Source: a virus. From it: a stretch of 64,000 bases of DNA. The stretch is taken from IMG/VR virus record IMGVR_UViG_3300009512_000010, positions 1 to 64,000 of that record; one strand, written 5' to 3'. The notes beneath the pieces are model-generated. The model saw only the letters and a program-made list of their open reading frames with translations. It made no database searches and was not told the origin of the DNA. The stretch's first letter is position 1; each line of letters opens with the position of its first letter. Positions 29,804 to 38,580 of this stretch are shown one piece after another. The position numbers and the translations under genes were made by a program.

Positions 29804-30427
29804 TTAGTCTCTCCATGGAATTAGTTTACCTTTATTATATGTAGCAAACTGCGTACCCTCAAATGATACTTCTCCGAAGCCAAATCTCTTAGCCATGGAA
29901 TGCCTCTGTTTTGTACCAATCTCCATTGATGAAGTCGTGTACGTTAGCCAATCCTTACATGCTCTAGGGTATACAACAACGGTATCTCCGTCTATGCCCT
30001 CAACACCACACCACTCACCCTTCACAGCCAGACCACGAAGGTGTTTAAACGCCTCGAATAACAGCCTTGTCTTATCAGTCTTAGGTAATTCTGTTTGATG
30101 ATATGGACTTTTCCATTTCCATCCTATCTCTACCATACGACTTTTGTTATCATAACGAATGGTTTCCATAACCTTCTTCATATGCTCCTTAACATACTCA
30201 GGATCTTCGTTATTCATTACGTTGTCGTACATAGAAATATAAAGGTATTGGTCTTTACTCTCATACACCGTAATAAATTTTTCAAAGGTTGCACTCAGAT
30301 TACCACGCTTTGCCTCAAAGGTTTCGAATTGGCTCTCTGGAAATGCAGAAATAGGCACCTCTTGCGAGATACCTAGTTCCTTTAGATATATGTAGTATAG
30401 CTTAGTGTACTTAAGTGAGGTACTCAT
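29804..30427 (-). CDS. Hypothetical protein
   Basis: ORF; start moved to MSTSLK to limit overlap with the upstream gene. Confidence 0.6.
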   Translation of the reverse strand: MSTSLKYTKLYYIYLKELGISQEVPISAFPESQFETFEAKRGNLSATFEKFITVYESKDQYLYISMYDNVMNNEDPEYVKEHMKKVMETIRYDNKSRMVEIGWKWKSPYHQTELPKTDKTRLLFEAFKHLRGLAVKGEWCGVEGIDGDTVVVYPRACKDWLTYTTSSMEIGTKQRHSMAKRFGFGEVSFEGTQFATYNKGKLIPWRD

Positions 30428-30989
30428 AGATCTCTTTCCAAGTCTTGGCGACAAAGACATCCTCAACAGTGCCACGGTTAAAGCCGTGATCAACCATGAT
30501 ACAATCAAGACCAAGCTTTTTACCAAGCTCAACGTTCTCAGGTTTGTCTTCAATCCAAACCATACCGCTATCACGATACTGTTCAAGAGCTTCATCTTTA
30601 TCAGCACCTGTATCTAGGCACACAACATCTTCAAAGACAGTGGCACCAAACAAGGCTTCTAGGTTAGCGACACGTGCTTTCTTAGCACTAACGCTTAAGC
30701 TCAAACTAGTAATGGCACGAAAGACAAAACCGTGATCTTCATGAAGCTTCTTAACATATTTAATAGCATCACGTAGTGGCGGCATGTACTGAATATCAGC
30801 ACTTTCGTTGAACATTCGTACAGTCTTCTTACACTCCGCTTTAGGAATACCGAAGACCTTTTCCATCTCATAAGTAGCGTCTGGATACATCTCCATGACG
30901 TAACCCTGACGTAACATCCATTGGCAATATTTGTTGACCCAATCAAGCAGAACGCCATCACAGTCAGTTAGAATCACTTTTTCATTCAT
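30411..30989 (-). CDS. HAD-family 5'-nucleotidase-like protein (T4 30.2-like)
   Basis: ILTDCDGVLLDW, ITS, WIEDKPEN HAD motifs. Confidence 0.85.
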   Translation of the reverse strand: MNEKVILTDCDGVLLDWVNKYCQWMLRQGYVMEMYPDATYEMEKVFGIPKAECKKTVRMFNESADIQYMPPLRDAIKYVKKLHEDHGFVFRAITSLSLSVSAKKARVANLEALFGATVFEDVVCLDTGADKDEALEQYRDSGMVWIEDKPENVELGKKLGLDCIMVDHGFNRGTVEDVFVAKTWKEIYEYLT

Positions 30990-31015
30990 ATTATATACTC
31001 TCTTATTACTCAATC

Positions 31016-31044
31016 ATAATAGCACTATGGCACTATCTTGTCAA
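31016..31044 (-). promoter_or_regulatory. Sigma70-type early promoter
   Basis: TTGACA-17-TATTAT. Confidence 0.7.
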
Positions 31045-31442
31045 TACTTAATAAACTTATCTGGGCTTTTAAAATTCTTTTTTCGCATAATCGTTTTCAT
31101 AACAACATCAAACTCATCGTTACGTCTATCATATGTCACTGCGACAGGAATATTCAGATCCTTTTGCATGTCTTTAAGAACAGCTTCAGCACCTACAACG
31201 CCCTTTAGAGACTTACCTTGCTTTGCATAAACCTTCTTGATGAACTCTGCTAACTCTTTAAGAGTGATACAAGGTGTGTTACGCTCATCACTCATACGAT
31301 CACCGAAGTGACGTGTAAAGTTAAAGTCGATGTTATACTTCTTAAACAGTTGATCAACAACCTTCTCGAATGTTTTAATCTGTTTCATACCAATCAAGTC
31401 GCATGAAGATGCTTCTTGTAGATGTTCTTTAAATGTTAGCAT
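31041..31442 (-). CDS. Hypothetical protein with capsid-targeting-like N-terminus; possible RNase-toxin-like fold
   Basis: MLTFKEHLQEA...FTRHFGDRMSDERN...KTIMRK. Confidence 0.7.
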   Translation of the reverse strand: MLTFKEHLQEASSCDLIGMKQIKTFEKVVDQLFKKYNIDFNFTRHFGDRMSDERNTPCITLKELAEFIKKVYAKQGKSLKGVVGAEAVLKDMQKDLNIPVAVTYDRRNDEFDVVMKTIMRKKNFKSPDKFIKY

Positions 31443-31443
31443 A

Positions 31444-32364
31444 TTACCATTCCACTCCCTTTGGTACATATTGTGAGATCTTCATACGGATCTCTTTATC
31501 CAACTTGGCTACAGGGATGGGTTTAGCCCCTTTACGTTTGACATAGAAGTATTCGGCATTCTTTAGGTACTGACCACCCTTGGTGCTACCCTTCATACCA
31601 ACCTTACTACCACTCTTATCAGACTTCATGAGTTCGCTGTCTACACCAACCTTATTGAATGCAAACACGATGTCTCCGTCCATATATTTTTTTAGACGAG
31701 TGCCCATACTCACGATGTCGTTCATAGTAGAGGATGCGCCACGGTGTGTGTTGACTAGAATATCAGTAGGAACTACACGGTCTCTCTTCTTGTTCTGTGT
31801 CTTAGCAACTTCGATATCATTAACAACCCACACGATGTGGATACTTTTTTTATCATAGCCCAATGCAGATACTTGACGTGTGATGTTATCCAACTTCTGT
31901 AGATCTTTTAGTGTCACATCAAATATGATGTTAGGCTTGCGCTCAGGTGCAGAGGAGAATACAGACTTAAAAAACGCCGCTTGCTTCTTATCAGGAAGTT
32001 TCAGCGTGTCTCCAATGATAGAGTGAAGCTTACCCACGTTCTTAGCACTCTTTAGATTAGCTCCGATCTTAGACAAGTCATCGCCTGTCTCAGCTTTAAT
32101 CTTAGCAATAATCTTAGGTGCTTTAGAAGCGGCTAGTTTCAATGCATCAACATCAAAGACTTTGCCTTCAAGTCCTACGAGATTGTCTTTGACAAACCCC
32201 TTACCCGATCCCGCTCCGCCCGCCATAATAACAACGTTACCAAACTTAGGATAGGCTCTACCACCAAACGTAATAAGCTTTTCAAGGAGAATATCAAAGT
32301 GGGCTTCGATATACTCCTCGTCTAGCACTTGGGTGTCTGCCATAAAATTTCTAAAATTCTTCAA
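31444..32364 (-). CDS. P-loop kinase (zeta-toxin/AAA_33-like)
   Basis: MAGGAGSGKGFV Walker A, FDVD, IIFDVT, NKKRDRVVP; TTG start after GGAG gives MKNFRNFMAD. Confidence 0.8.
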   Translation of the reverse strand: MKNFRNFMADTQVLDEEYIEAHFDILLEKLITFGGRAYPKFGNVVIMAGGAGSGKGFVKDNLVGLEGKVFDVDALKLAASKAPKIIAKIKAETGDDLSKIGANLKSAKNVGKLHSIIGDTLKLPDKKQAAFFKSVFSSAPERKPNIIFDVTLKDLQKLDNITRQVSALGYDKKSIHIVWVVNDIEVAKTQNKKRDRVVPTDILVNTHRGASSTMNDIVSMGTRLKKYMDGDIVFAFNKVGVDSELMKSDKSGSKVGMKGSTKGGQYLKNAEYFYVKRKGAKPIPVAKLDKEIRMKISQYVPKGVEW

Positions 32365-32393
32365 CTCTAATCTCCATAGATGCTTTTCACATC

Positions 32394-32401
32394 TATTTAT
32401 A
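32394..32401 (-). promoter_or_regulatory. T4-type late promoter TATAAATA
   Basis: Exact motif 30 nt upstream of the kinase start. Confidence 0.75.
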
Positions 32402-32807
32402 CAACTTGGTAAGGCTTGTTCCACTTACCAACATTGATATCTAAATAATAAGCAATGTGGAAGTAGTCAGTCATCATATCACTCTCGTCAAACCAACCAG
32501 TACCTTTCATAGCTCCGATCAACTCACCGAAGAATTTACCGATAACACCTTCGCCTTCGTCAGCACGGTAAGGATTAACTTGGTAATAACCGTCTGTGAT
32601 CTCATAGGCTTGTTCGCCACGCCACTCAGCCTTTTCAGCATTAGACTTGTTAGCCGCACCGATAAAGTCTAGAGCACCTTCTTTAAGGTTAACAACTAGG
32701 CTAGAGTGATGACGAATAGCGATAGTGCCTTTAACGCCGTACTTCTTAAGAACAGCTTTGATTGAAGGAGCTAATGCTTTTTTGTCTTCTTGTGAAATGT
32801 AGGCCAT
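32397..32807 (-). CDS. Conserved hypothetical early protein
   Basis: MAYISQEDKKALAPSIK...FDESDMMTDYFH.AYY..INVGKWNKPY. Confidence 0.8.
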   Translation of the reverse strand: MAYISQEDKKALAPSIKAVLKKYGVKGTIAIRHHSSLVVNLKEGALDFIGAANKSNAEKAEWRGEQAYEITDGYYQVNPYRADEGEGVIGKFFGELIGAMKGTGWFDESDMMTDYFHIAYYLDINVGKWNKPYQVV

Positions 32808-32813
32808 GATGTA

Positions 32814-32869
32814 TCTCGCTTTCTTTGTTTCTATACCATCTTTGTATTTGATTCGGATTGGTTTGTCAA
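32814..32869 (-). promoter_or_regulatory. Early promoter plus leader cassette (33-bp copy at 61188-61220)
   Basis: TTGACA-17-TACAAA; TGATTCG at 32849-32855. Confidence 0.75.
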
Positions 32870-33005
32870 CCCTCTTATTTCAATAAATAAATCTTTTGGC
32901 ATAACACCAAGACCAACAGAAGTTCTGGTCTGGCAGTAATGAGCGTAATCTTTACACTCACTAGCTGATGGAAGTTCGTAGGCGGAAGGAAAAAAATCTA
33001 ACATA

Positions 33006-33395
33006 TTAAGATCCTGTTACTAATTCAAATGAACCGTCTGCTTGTCTATCGAAACCTTCCACATATCTGTGGTGGTTGTCTTGCTCAATAGCAGACTGTG
33101 TGATCAAGTATTCGGCGGCTTTCCAAAACTCTTTGACAGTGTTGCCCATGACATAGGCTTTGTAAACGATCTTCTCATGAGTGTTGTTCATCATCTGCTC
33201 AACTGTAGCACCTTTAGCAATAACTTCATAAGTGATCTTCTGTTGACCGTCACCCTTTTGGGCAGAACCTTCCCACTCACCTTCATACATCACTTGATCA
33301 AGGCTAGTGAACTCGGTGTCACAAGACCAGATTGAGTTGTAGTTCAGAGCATCTTGGTGGAAACCGAAGTATTTGCTTTGTTCATCGTAGGTCAT
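33006..33395 (-). CDS. Hypothetical early protein
   Basis: ORF behind promoter cassette; ends HRYVEGF...FELVTGS. Confidence 0.75.
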   Translation of the reverse strand: MTYDEQSKYFGFHQDALNYNSIWSCDTEFTSLDQVMYEGEWEGSAQKGDGQQKITYEVIAKGATVEQMMNNTHEKIVYKAYVMGNTVKEFWKAAEYLITQSAIEQDNHHRYVEGFDRQADGSFELVTGS

Positions 33396-33427
33396 GTAAG
33401 TCTCACTTTCTTTGTTTCTATACTATT

Positions 33428-33456
33428 TTAATAGCACACCGATTCGGGGTTGTCAA
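33428..33456 (-). promoter_or_regulatory. Early promoter with GANTC motif
   Basis: TTGACA-17-TATTAA; CGATTCG at 33440-33446. Confidence 0.75.
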
Positions 33457-33635
33457 GCACTAAATTGCAAGTATTAGATTCATTTCATCAACGATATCTT
33501 GGTATTTGGCAATCTTCTTCTCAATTGCATACTTCTTCATTCTTACTGATGAAGTGTTACCGTAAAACGTAGTTAGATATTTTTCTAACTTTTTGATTTC
33601 ATTTTCATACTGTTCTAGCATTTCAATCTCCTCTA

Positions 33636-33818
33636 CTAATCTACATAAGAATTAGTTATTTTATCCCATCCCCAAGCAACAAACTTGCCCATCTCTTCGC
33701 CTTCTTTAATGCCCACATTAAAAGCACACTCTTTAAAAGCAGAAGTGATCTCTAAATCAGGATACATATCGATTATCTGACACGCTTGATTATAGGCATT
33801 TTCAAAATTAGTATTCAT
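33636..33818 (-). CDS. Small hypothetical early protein
   Basis: AAGGAG SD, own promoter. Confidence 0.7.
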   Translation of the reverse strand: MNTNFENAYNQACQIIDMYPDLEITSAFKECAFNVGIKEGEEMGKFVAWGWDKITNSYVD

Positions 33819-33834
33819 AAAAATCTCCTTGTTT

Positions 33835-34155
33835 CTACATTACACTCATAGCTGATTCGGATCGACTTGTCAACCCCTTTATTGCCATCTGCGCAACTTC
33901 TTCGAATTCGACATTGGCAATCATATCCTCAAGACGATCTTGGATCTCGACTAACTCGTCAAACGATTTGTCCATATCAAAGACAGCATCATTACAAGCA
34001 CCTGTGAGTTCTTCAATCTGCTTTTCGGTATCCCAATCAAAATCACCGCTTAGGGCATTTGATAGAGCACGTTCAGCATCACGCTTATTTGCTTTAAGAG
34101 CATTAGACGCTATGATGATATCTTCAAGAGTTTCTTTGATTAACTGGATAGACAT
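33835..34155 (-). CDS. Hypothetical coiled-coil early protein
   Basis: ORF with AAAGGA SD and own promoter. Confidence 0.7.
   Translation of the reverse strand: MSIQLIKETLEDIIIASNALKANKRDAERALSNALSGDFDWDTEKQIEELTGACNDAVFDMDKSFDELVEIQDRLEDMIANVEFEEVAQMAIKGLTSRSESAMSVM
33845..33873 (-). promoter_or_regulatory. Early promoter with GANTC motif (inside the 3' end of the upstream ORF)
   Basis: TTGACA-17-TATGAG; TGATTCG at 33853-33859. Confidence 0.7.
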
Positions 34156-34184
34156 TGCGAATCCTTTCTGAGATTACCCTTATA

Positions 34185-34213
34185 GTAATAGCGAATGATT
34201 CGTCCTATGTCAA
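34185..34213 (-). promoter_or_regulatory. Early promoter with GANTC motif
   Basis: TTGACA-17-TATTAC; TGATTCG at 34196-34202. Confidence 0.7.
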
Positions 34214-34216
34214 GCA

Positions 34217-35296
34217 CTATTTTCCGATATATTCGTGTGAGTAACACACTCTATCTGCGTGTTTGAAATGACTATCAGCAAATCCACCATAACTAGGTTT
34301 ATCTGGGTTTGCCATTGATCCTGTCTTATAATCCTGTCTGGATATACCATTCTTGGATGTAGCTCTCCATTTTTCGCTACGGTTACGATACTCTCCCAAT
34401 CTAGGGTGAGCCGTTTTTGTAAAATATCTTTTACCTTCGGCTAAATGAATATCGCCCAAAGCATCAGTCAACCTAGCACCTATGCCCAATCCTTGATACT
34501 CTGGTAATACCACTGTGCGATGACCTCGCCAAGCTTTCTTTAAACTACCAGAAGGCATGCTTAAGCTAGAAAGAAATCCGACAAGTCTGCCGTTCCATGT
34601 TGCGATCCAACAAGATGCACCTTTGTGGATGTGGTAGTCGAGATAGTGATGGTCGCTGAAGGTCGTCCAGATGTCTCTGGTACAAGGCTTGATTTCCAAA
34701 ACGATATCTGGCCTTTGATACCCCCTTGTGGTCAGCTTACCTGTTTGAGTATCGAATACCCAATCAGGTTGCAACCACTCAATGATGTCATAGTGACAAG
34801 AGGAGAATACGATGTTCTTTAGATTATTTCTTTTAACATAACGTGAGATAGCATTAGAGCAACTCTTAGCGACATCTCTATCAATAACAGATGTGAACTC
34901 ATCCACAACAATATTACTGCCTAGTTGCCTAGCTAACCTAGCTCGGAACTGTTCTCCATTAGAAAGAACATGATAGGGACGCATCCAAGAGGGAATACTG
35001 TTAAACCCAACAGCACCTAAACGATCTTGAACATCATCAATATCCTTGAAATGAGAAGCGATAGATTTGTTATCAAACCAATAAGGATCCTGTTCAGAAC
35101 CAAATTCTTTAAGTAGAGTGGTCTTACCAGATCCCGAAGGTCCTACAATAAGACCAATACCAAAGTCTTTGAGCGTTGTCTCACGATCAATTGAATTGAT
35201 TTCATGTGGATGAAACGTAGATGTCCCATCAAACTCATAGTCAAAGATCCGACTGATCTCATCCGTGATACCATCACGCTCTACTGTTACTTCCAT
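34217..35296 (-). CDS. ABC-type ATPase fused to GNAT acyltransferase (Mom-like)
   Basis: GPSGSGKT, LSNGE, IVVDE, SCH; then HHYL and HRTVVLPEYQGLGIG. Confidence 0.85.
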   Translation of the reverse strand: MEVTVERDGITDEISRIFDYEFDGTSTFHPHEINSIDRETTLKDFGIGLIVGPSGSGKTTLLKEFGSEQDPYWFDNKSIASHFKDIDDVQDRLGAVGFNSIPSWMRPYHVLSNGEQFRARLARQLGSNIVVDEFTSVIDRDVAKSCSNAISRYVKRNNLKNIVFSSCHYDIIEWLQPDWVFDTQTGKLTTRGYQRPDIVLEIKPCTRDIWTTFSDHHYLDYHIHKGASCWIATWNGRLVGFLSSLSMPSGSLKKAWRGHRTVVLPEYQGLGIGARLTDALGDIHLAEGKRYFTKTAHPRLGEYRNRSEKWRATSKNGISRQDYKTGSMANPDKPSYGGFADSHFKHADRVCYSHEYIGK

Positions 35297-35816
35297 TTCG
35301 CTTTCCTTTCATCTTTGGGTTGTTAGCCCAATATATAGTGTTGGGTGGTAGGATCCCATGCATGAACCAAGCATTACCAAAGTGTGGTGCGCCACCACCT
35401 GTGAAGTCTACTCTGTTATTATACACCAGTGTAGACATTCCATAGTCCATGAACATCTGTCCACGTTTACCACCTTGGAACGATGCTACAGGTAGGAATA
35501 ACGCAAATGGTTTGCCTAACGAATAGCAATGCTCAATAAACTTATCCTTCAGACTGTATGGTGGATTAGTTATAATACCGTCATATACATCATCAGGTTG
35601 ACACCCAAAGAAATCTTTTCCCTGACTGCCTACCATATTATAACCGAATTTGTGCATTCCGTCAAGTATATTCGAAGAGATCCCCGAAGTAGCTTCGTAG
35701 TATGTCTTATCCTTATCTAGATATTCCAACAAAGGAATGATTTGATCTGATGGCGTGTAGCACTCATCACTTTCAGCATTCCGACTAGTTCGTTTAATCA
35801 TTTCAAGATTTGACAT
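35274..35816 (-). CDS. Small N6-adenine methyltransferase
   Basis: SDECYTP, DFF, ITNPPYS (motif IV), GKPFALFLP. Confidence 0.82.
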   Translation of the reverse strand: MSNLEMIKRTSRNAESDECYTPSDQIIPLLEYLDKDKTYYEATSGISSNILDGMHKFGYNMVGSQGKDFFGCQPDDVYDGIITNPPYSLKDKFIEHCYSLGKPFALFLPVASFQGGKRGQMFMDYGMSTLVYNNRVDFTGGGAPHFGNAWFMHGILPPNTIYWANNPKMKGKRNGSNSRA

Positions 35817-35827
35817 TCTGTTCCACC

Positions 35828-35956
35828 TTAGTCATTTCTTTCATCCCGCCCCTTCTTAATTTCAAGGTACCTAGTCACCACTAAGTATGCGGCACCTATG
35901 TATGCAACTGATACCAACGGTACACTCAACAGTAGTCCAAGCAATTCTTTAGTCAT
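35828..35956 (-). CDS. 42-aa single-TM protein
   Basis: Manual read: MTKELLGLLLSVPLVSVAYIGAAYLVVTRYLEIKKGRDERND; fills the gap, coupled to the upstream stop. Confidence 0.5.
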   Translation of the reverse strand: MTKELLGLLLSVPLVSVAYIGAAYLVVTRYLEIKKGRDERND

Positions 35957-36648
35957 TACATAAACTCCTCAAGGCTGTTACCCAAAGTAATCGAATGGGA
36001 ATTAACACAGTATCTGCGCATCTCAGTCATATTCAACCTCAACTCCAGTCTACGCTTTCCTAATTGAAGATATGTTCTACCGTACTTAGGATCTATCAAT
36101 GGTATGTCTACGTTTCGAGTTCCACGAAGCACCATCTCATCAATTAAATTGGGATTATGACGTTGTATTACTTTCAATAAGCAATACCAAACCTGACCAT
36201 CCTCTTTATCACGTATAGCACACAGCACGTGAAGATTGTTGGTCTTACTAACTTTTCTGATAAACGGTTCTATGAACATCTCATTTAGACCTTCATAGTC
36301 ACCCTTCTTTAACTGTACATAAAAATTATCTTGGCTTGATTGTAAGTTTTGAAGAATACTGGCTTCACTTGTTATGCTTTGTAGATTATTGCAACTGATA
36401 CCTTTAACATCAATATCAAGCCTTGGCGTTACGACATCAACAACGTTATTGCCTGCGCCACACCACTTAGCATTCTCTATACTATCCGATACAGCATACT
36501 CCCAAGTCTCCTTACCGATGTTAACAGTTCTAGACTTGTTTTGGTAAGGGGCATAGTAATCATTCATCTCTTTAGCAAACTTTTCATTAAAGTCTGAGCC
36601 TATAAGAGCATCATGCTTATCTATCGAAATTGGCTCATAGTATATCAT
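35956..36648 (-). CDS. Hypothetical protein, possible PD-(D/E)xK restriction-endonuclease fold
   Basis: ETWE...VVDVV....IDVKGIS; start moved to MIYYEP because the longer ORF overlaps tRNA-Trp. Confidence 0.55.
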   Translation of the reverse strand: MIYYEPISIDKHDALIGSDFNEKFAKEMNDYYAPYQNKSRTVNIGKETWEYAVSDSIENAKWCGAGNNVVDVVTPRLDIDVKGISCNNLQSITSEASILQNLQSSQDNFYVQLKKGDYEGLNEMFIEPFIRKVSKTNNLHVLCAIRDKEDGQVWYCLLKVIQRHNPNLIDEMVLRGTRNVDIPLIDPKYGRTYLQLGKRRLELRLNMTEMRRYCVNSHSITLGNSLEEFM

Positions 36649-36659
36649 ATATTTCCTAT

Positions 36660-36733
36660 TGGCAAAGGTGGAAGGAGTTGAACCCTCGCTTGCGGATTTG
36701 GAATCCGCCGTGCTACCATAACACTTCACCCCT
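36660..36733 (-). tRNA. trnW: tRNA-Trp(CCA)
   Basis: AGGGGTG acceptor, GCGGA-TTCCAAA-TCCGC anticodon arm, GGTTCAACTCC T-arm, encoded CCA. Confidence 0.93.
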
Positions 36734-36740
36734 ACGCATT

Positions 36741-36818
36741 TGGTGTTTCCTGTAGGACTCGAACCTACGGCCTAGTCATTAGAAGTGACTTGCTCTAATC
36801 CAGCTGAGCTAAGGAAAC
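36741..36818 (-). tRNA. trnR: tRNA-Arg(TCT)
   Basis: GTTTCCT/AGGAAAC acceptor, TAGCTCAGCTGG D-arm, AGTCA-CTTCTAA-TGACT, GGTTCGAGTCC, CCA end. Confidence 0.95.
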
Positions 36819-36824
36819 TAACTC

Positions 36825-37322
36825 TTATTTCACAAACTCTGTCGTGTAAGTAATACCATCAATTTTCCAATTAATGATTGAGTAACTATACTCTGTACGC
36901 TCAACGGTACGATAATAAGTTACGTAATCACAACGGTTCTCAGTTCGGTATCCTGTAATACCTTGACCGGGTTTTGGTTTAGCACCTTTGTCAGCACCCA
37001 CAAGACCACCAAAGATAGCTCCTGCGGCGGCACCCTTATCGTCGCCTGTGACACCTTTACCAACAAGACCACCAAGGATCATACCAAGTAAGGCTCCCTC
37101 TGCGGCATTGCCTTGTTTATGGACTGTACCATATACTGGAACATTTACATTCACACACTCTTTTTTAGTGTATGGTTCACTGTCCTGTACTACTGAATAG
37201 TAGTCCATCACTGTGCCCTTAATAGGTGTTGAATTCTCAGCACTAGCCTTTGTTGCCACAACAGCAGTTAGTAGCATAGCCGCACCAATGATCGTGTTAG
37301 TAATTAACTTATCTTTATTCAT
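36825..37322 (-). CDS. Glycine-zipper 2TM secreted/membrane protein
   Basis: Signal-like N-terminus, GALLGMILGGLVG...AAAGAIFGGLVG. Confidence 0.8.
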   Translation of the reverse strand: MNKDKLITNTIIGAAMLLTAVVATKASAENSTPIKGTVMDYYSVVQDSEPYTKKECVNVNVPVYGTVHKQGNAAEGALLGMILGGLVGKGVTGDDKGAAAGAIFGGLVGADKGAKPKPGQGITGYRTENRCDYVTYYRTVERTEYSYSIINWKIDGITYTTEFVK

Positions 37323-37464
37323 CTTTTTCTCCTATCCAAACGTTTATTGTTACCATTCTCTCATTATGGTTCTGAAAAACTGCCCATTCGAGATCTGCTC
37401 CGCTTAATGCATTTCGTAAGACTTCCATCTTAGGCGTCTTAGGAATTGTTTGTTTCGGCATCAT
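37315..37464 (-). CDS. 49-aa hypothetical protein
   Basis: Manual read MMPKQTIPK...; AAGGAG SD; promoter TTGACT-17-TATCAT at 37486-37514. Confidence 0.5.
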   Translation of the reverse strand: MMPKQTIPKTPKMEVLRNALSGADLEWAVFQNHNERMVTINVWIGEKDE

Positions 37465-37530
37465 GCGATTCTCCTTGTTAAAGTTATGATAACATCGTTT
37501 GTATTCTAAGTCAAGGTTTAAATTTATCTC

Positions 37531-37875
37531 TTAGGTTCTTCGTATATCTAATAGAGCACCTTCCACTCTTGATGGATACTCTCCAAGATATGTTCCTGCC
37601 ATAAGCATGTCCTTAGTTAGAAACTTCTTGTGTTGATGCTCTACGGTGTCCCACACCTTTAGCAACTTCTTAGCCAACCTATCAAACATAACGTCTTCTA
37701 GGATGGGATCGTCATCTATATAGTAAGCATACGCCGCCATCAAATACCAAGGAACAAGCATGTTATCGTTGTTATCAATGGTATCCATCATGATCTTTGT
37801 AATTTTGGCTATACTTCTACTTTTCTTCTTTTGGTTTGGGGATTGTGTGTTTTGACCAGTCATCGCAAGGGTCAT
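37531..37875 (-). CDS. Stand-alone NAD-dependent DNA ligase N-terminal (Ia-like) domain protein; start uncertain
   Basis: YLMAAYAYYIDDDPILEDVMFDRL resembles the LigA YY..D.P..SD..YD motif. Confidence 0.65.
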   Translation of the reverse strand: MTLAMTGQNTQSPNQKKKSRSIAKITKIMMDTIDNNDNMLVPWYLMAAYAYYIDDDPILEDVMFDRLAKKLLKVWDTVEHQHKKFLTKDMLMAGTYLGEYPSRVEGALLDIRRT

Positions 37876-37939
37876 CCTTCTCGTTGTCGAAGGAAGTTGA
37901 ATTAATCATCATGATGGTGTCCTTCTATACTCGGTTTAT

Positions 37940-37975
37940 TATTTATATAATAACAAACTACAATATAGATGTCAA
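37940..37975 (-). promoter_or_regulatory. Overlapping sigma70 promoter (TTGACA-17-TATTAT) and late promoter TATAAATA
   Basis: Both motifs read directly. Confidence 0.65.
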
Positions 37976-37980
37976 TAGCC

Positions 37981-38580
37981 TTATGGCGTTACAATTGTAA
38001 CATTCTGTGGGCATTCCATCTTAGTATTAGAATGTTTATGGAATAGTCTGAACTCCGTGTCAGGGAACTCTTTAAACAACTGAGGCCAAATTCCTCGCCA
38101 GTTGTTAGCCAGTCTGTTGGTGTTCTGTTGACCACGATCTGATTCTAGATAGAAATCAGTAGAGCTTGTCATGTCAAAGTCGAAGATAGAGTTAAAGCCA
38201 AACATGTTACACACCTTTGGTTTCCATCTACTGACGCCATAGTGTGTTGCTACGTGACCACAGTTGAAATCGGTTGCATTACGTGCGTATGGTGGCACAT
38301 CAAGGTAGAAGCCACGGATCTGTGATGCATGTCTTAGATAGAAAGAAGAGTTCTGTTCCATGTGGATCTTAGGTCTGTTGCCAAGGATCCAATGACCAGG
38401 AACTTGTACACTACCATCTTGGATTGCTCTCATCATTTTAAAGTCAACCATTATAGTCGCAAATACATTATCGATAGCCATGGGTGGTAGATTGCACGTT
38501 AGTCTAATACCCTTTTGGTCATCTCTAAAGTACCCTGCACTTTGACCATTACCAATAATGTTTACAATATCTTCGCTCAT
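37981..38580 (-). CDS. Glycosylation-island protein (DUF115/sialyltransferase-like N-terminal motif)
   Basis: VNIIGNGQS, TCN, NCGH, MFGFNS. Confidence 0.55.
   Translation of the reverse strand: MSEDIVNIIGNGQSAGYFRDDQKGIRLTCNLPPMAIDNVFATIMVDFKMMRAIQDGSVQVPGHWILGNRPKIHMEQNSSFYLRHASQIRGFYLDVPPYARNATDFNCGHVATHYGVSRWKPKVCNMFGFNSIFDFDMTSSTDFYLESDRGQQNTNRLANNWRGIWPQLFKEFPDTEFRLFHKHSNTKMECPQNVTIVTP

Noticed and set aside
36649-36729. N-terminal extension of ORF 35956-36729
   Set aside because: It is the tRNA-Trp sequence read as protein
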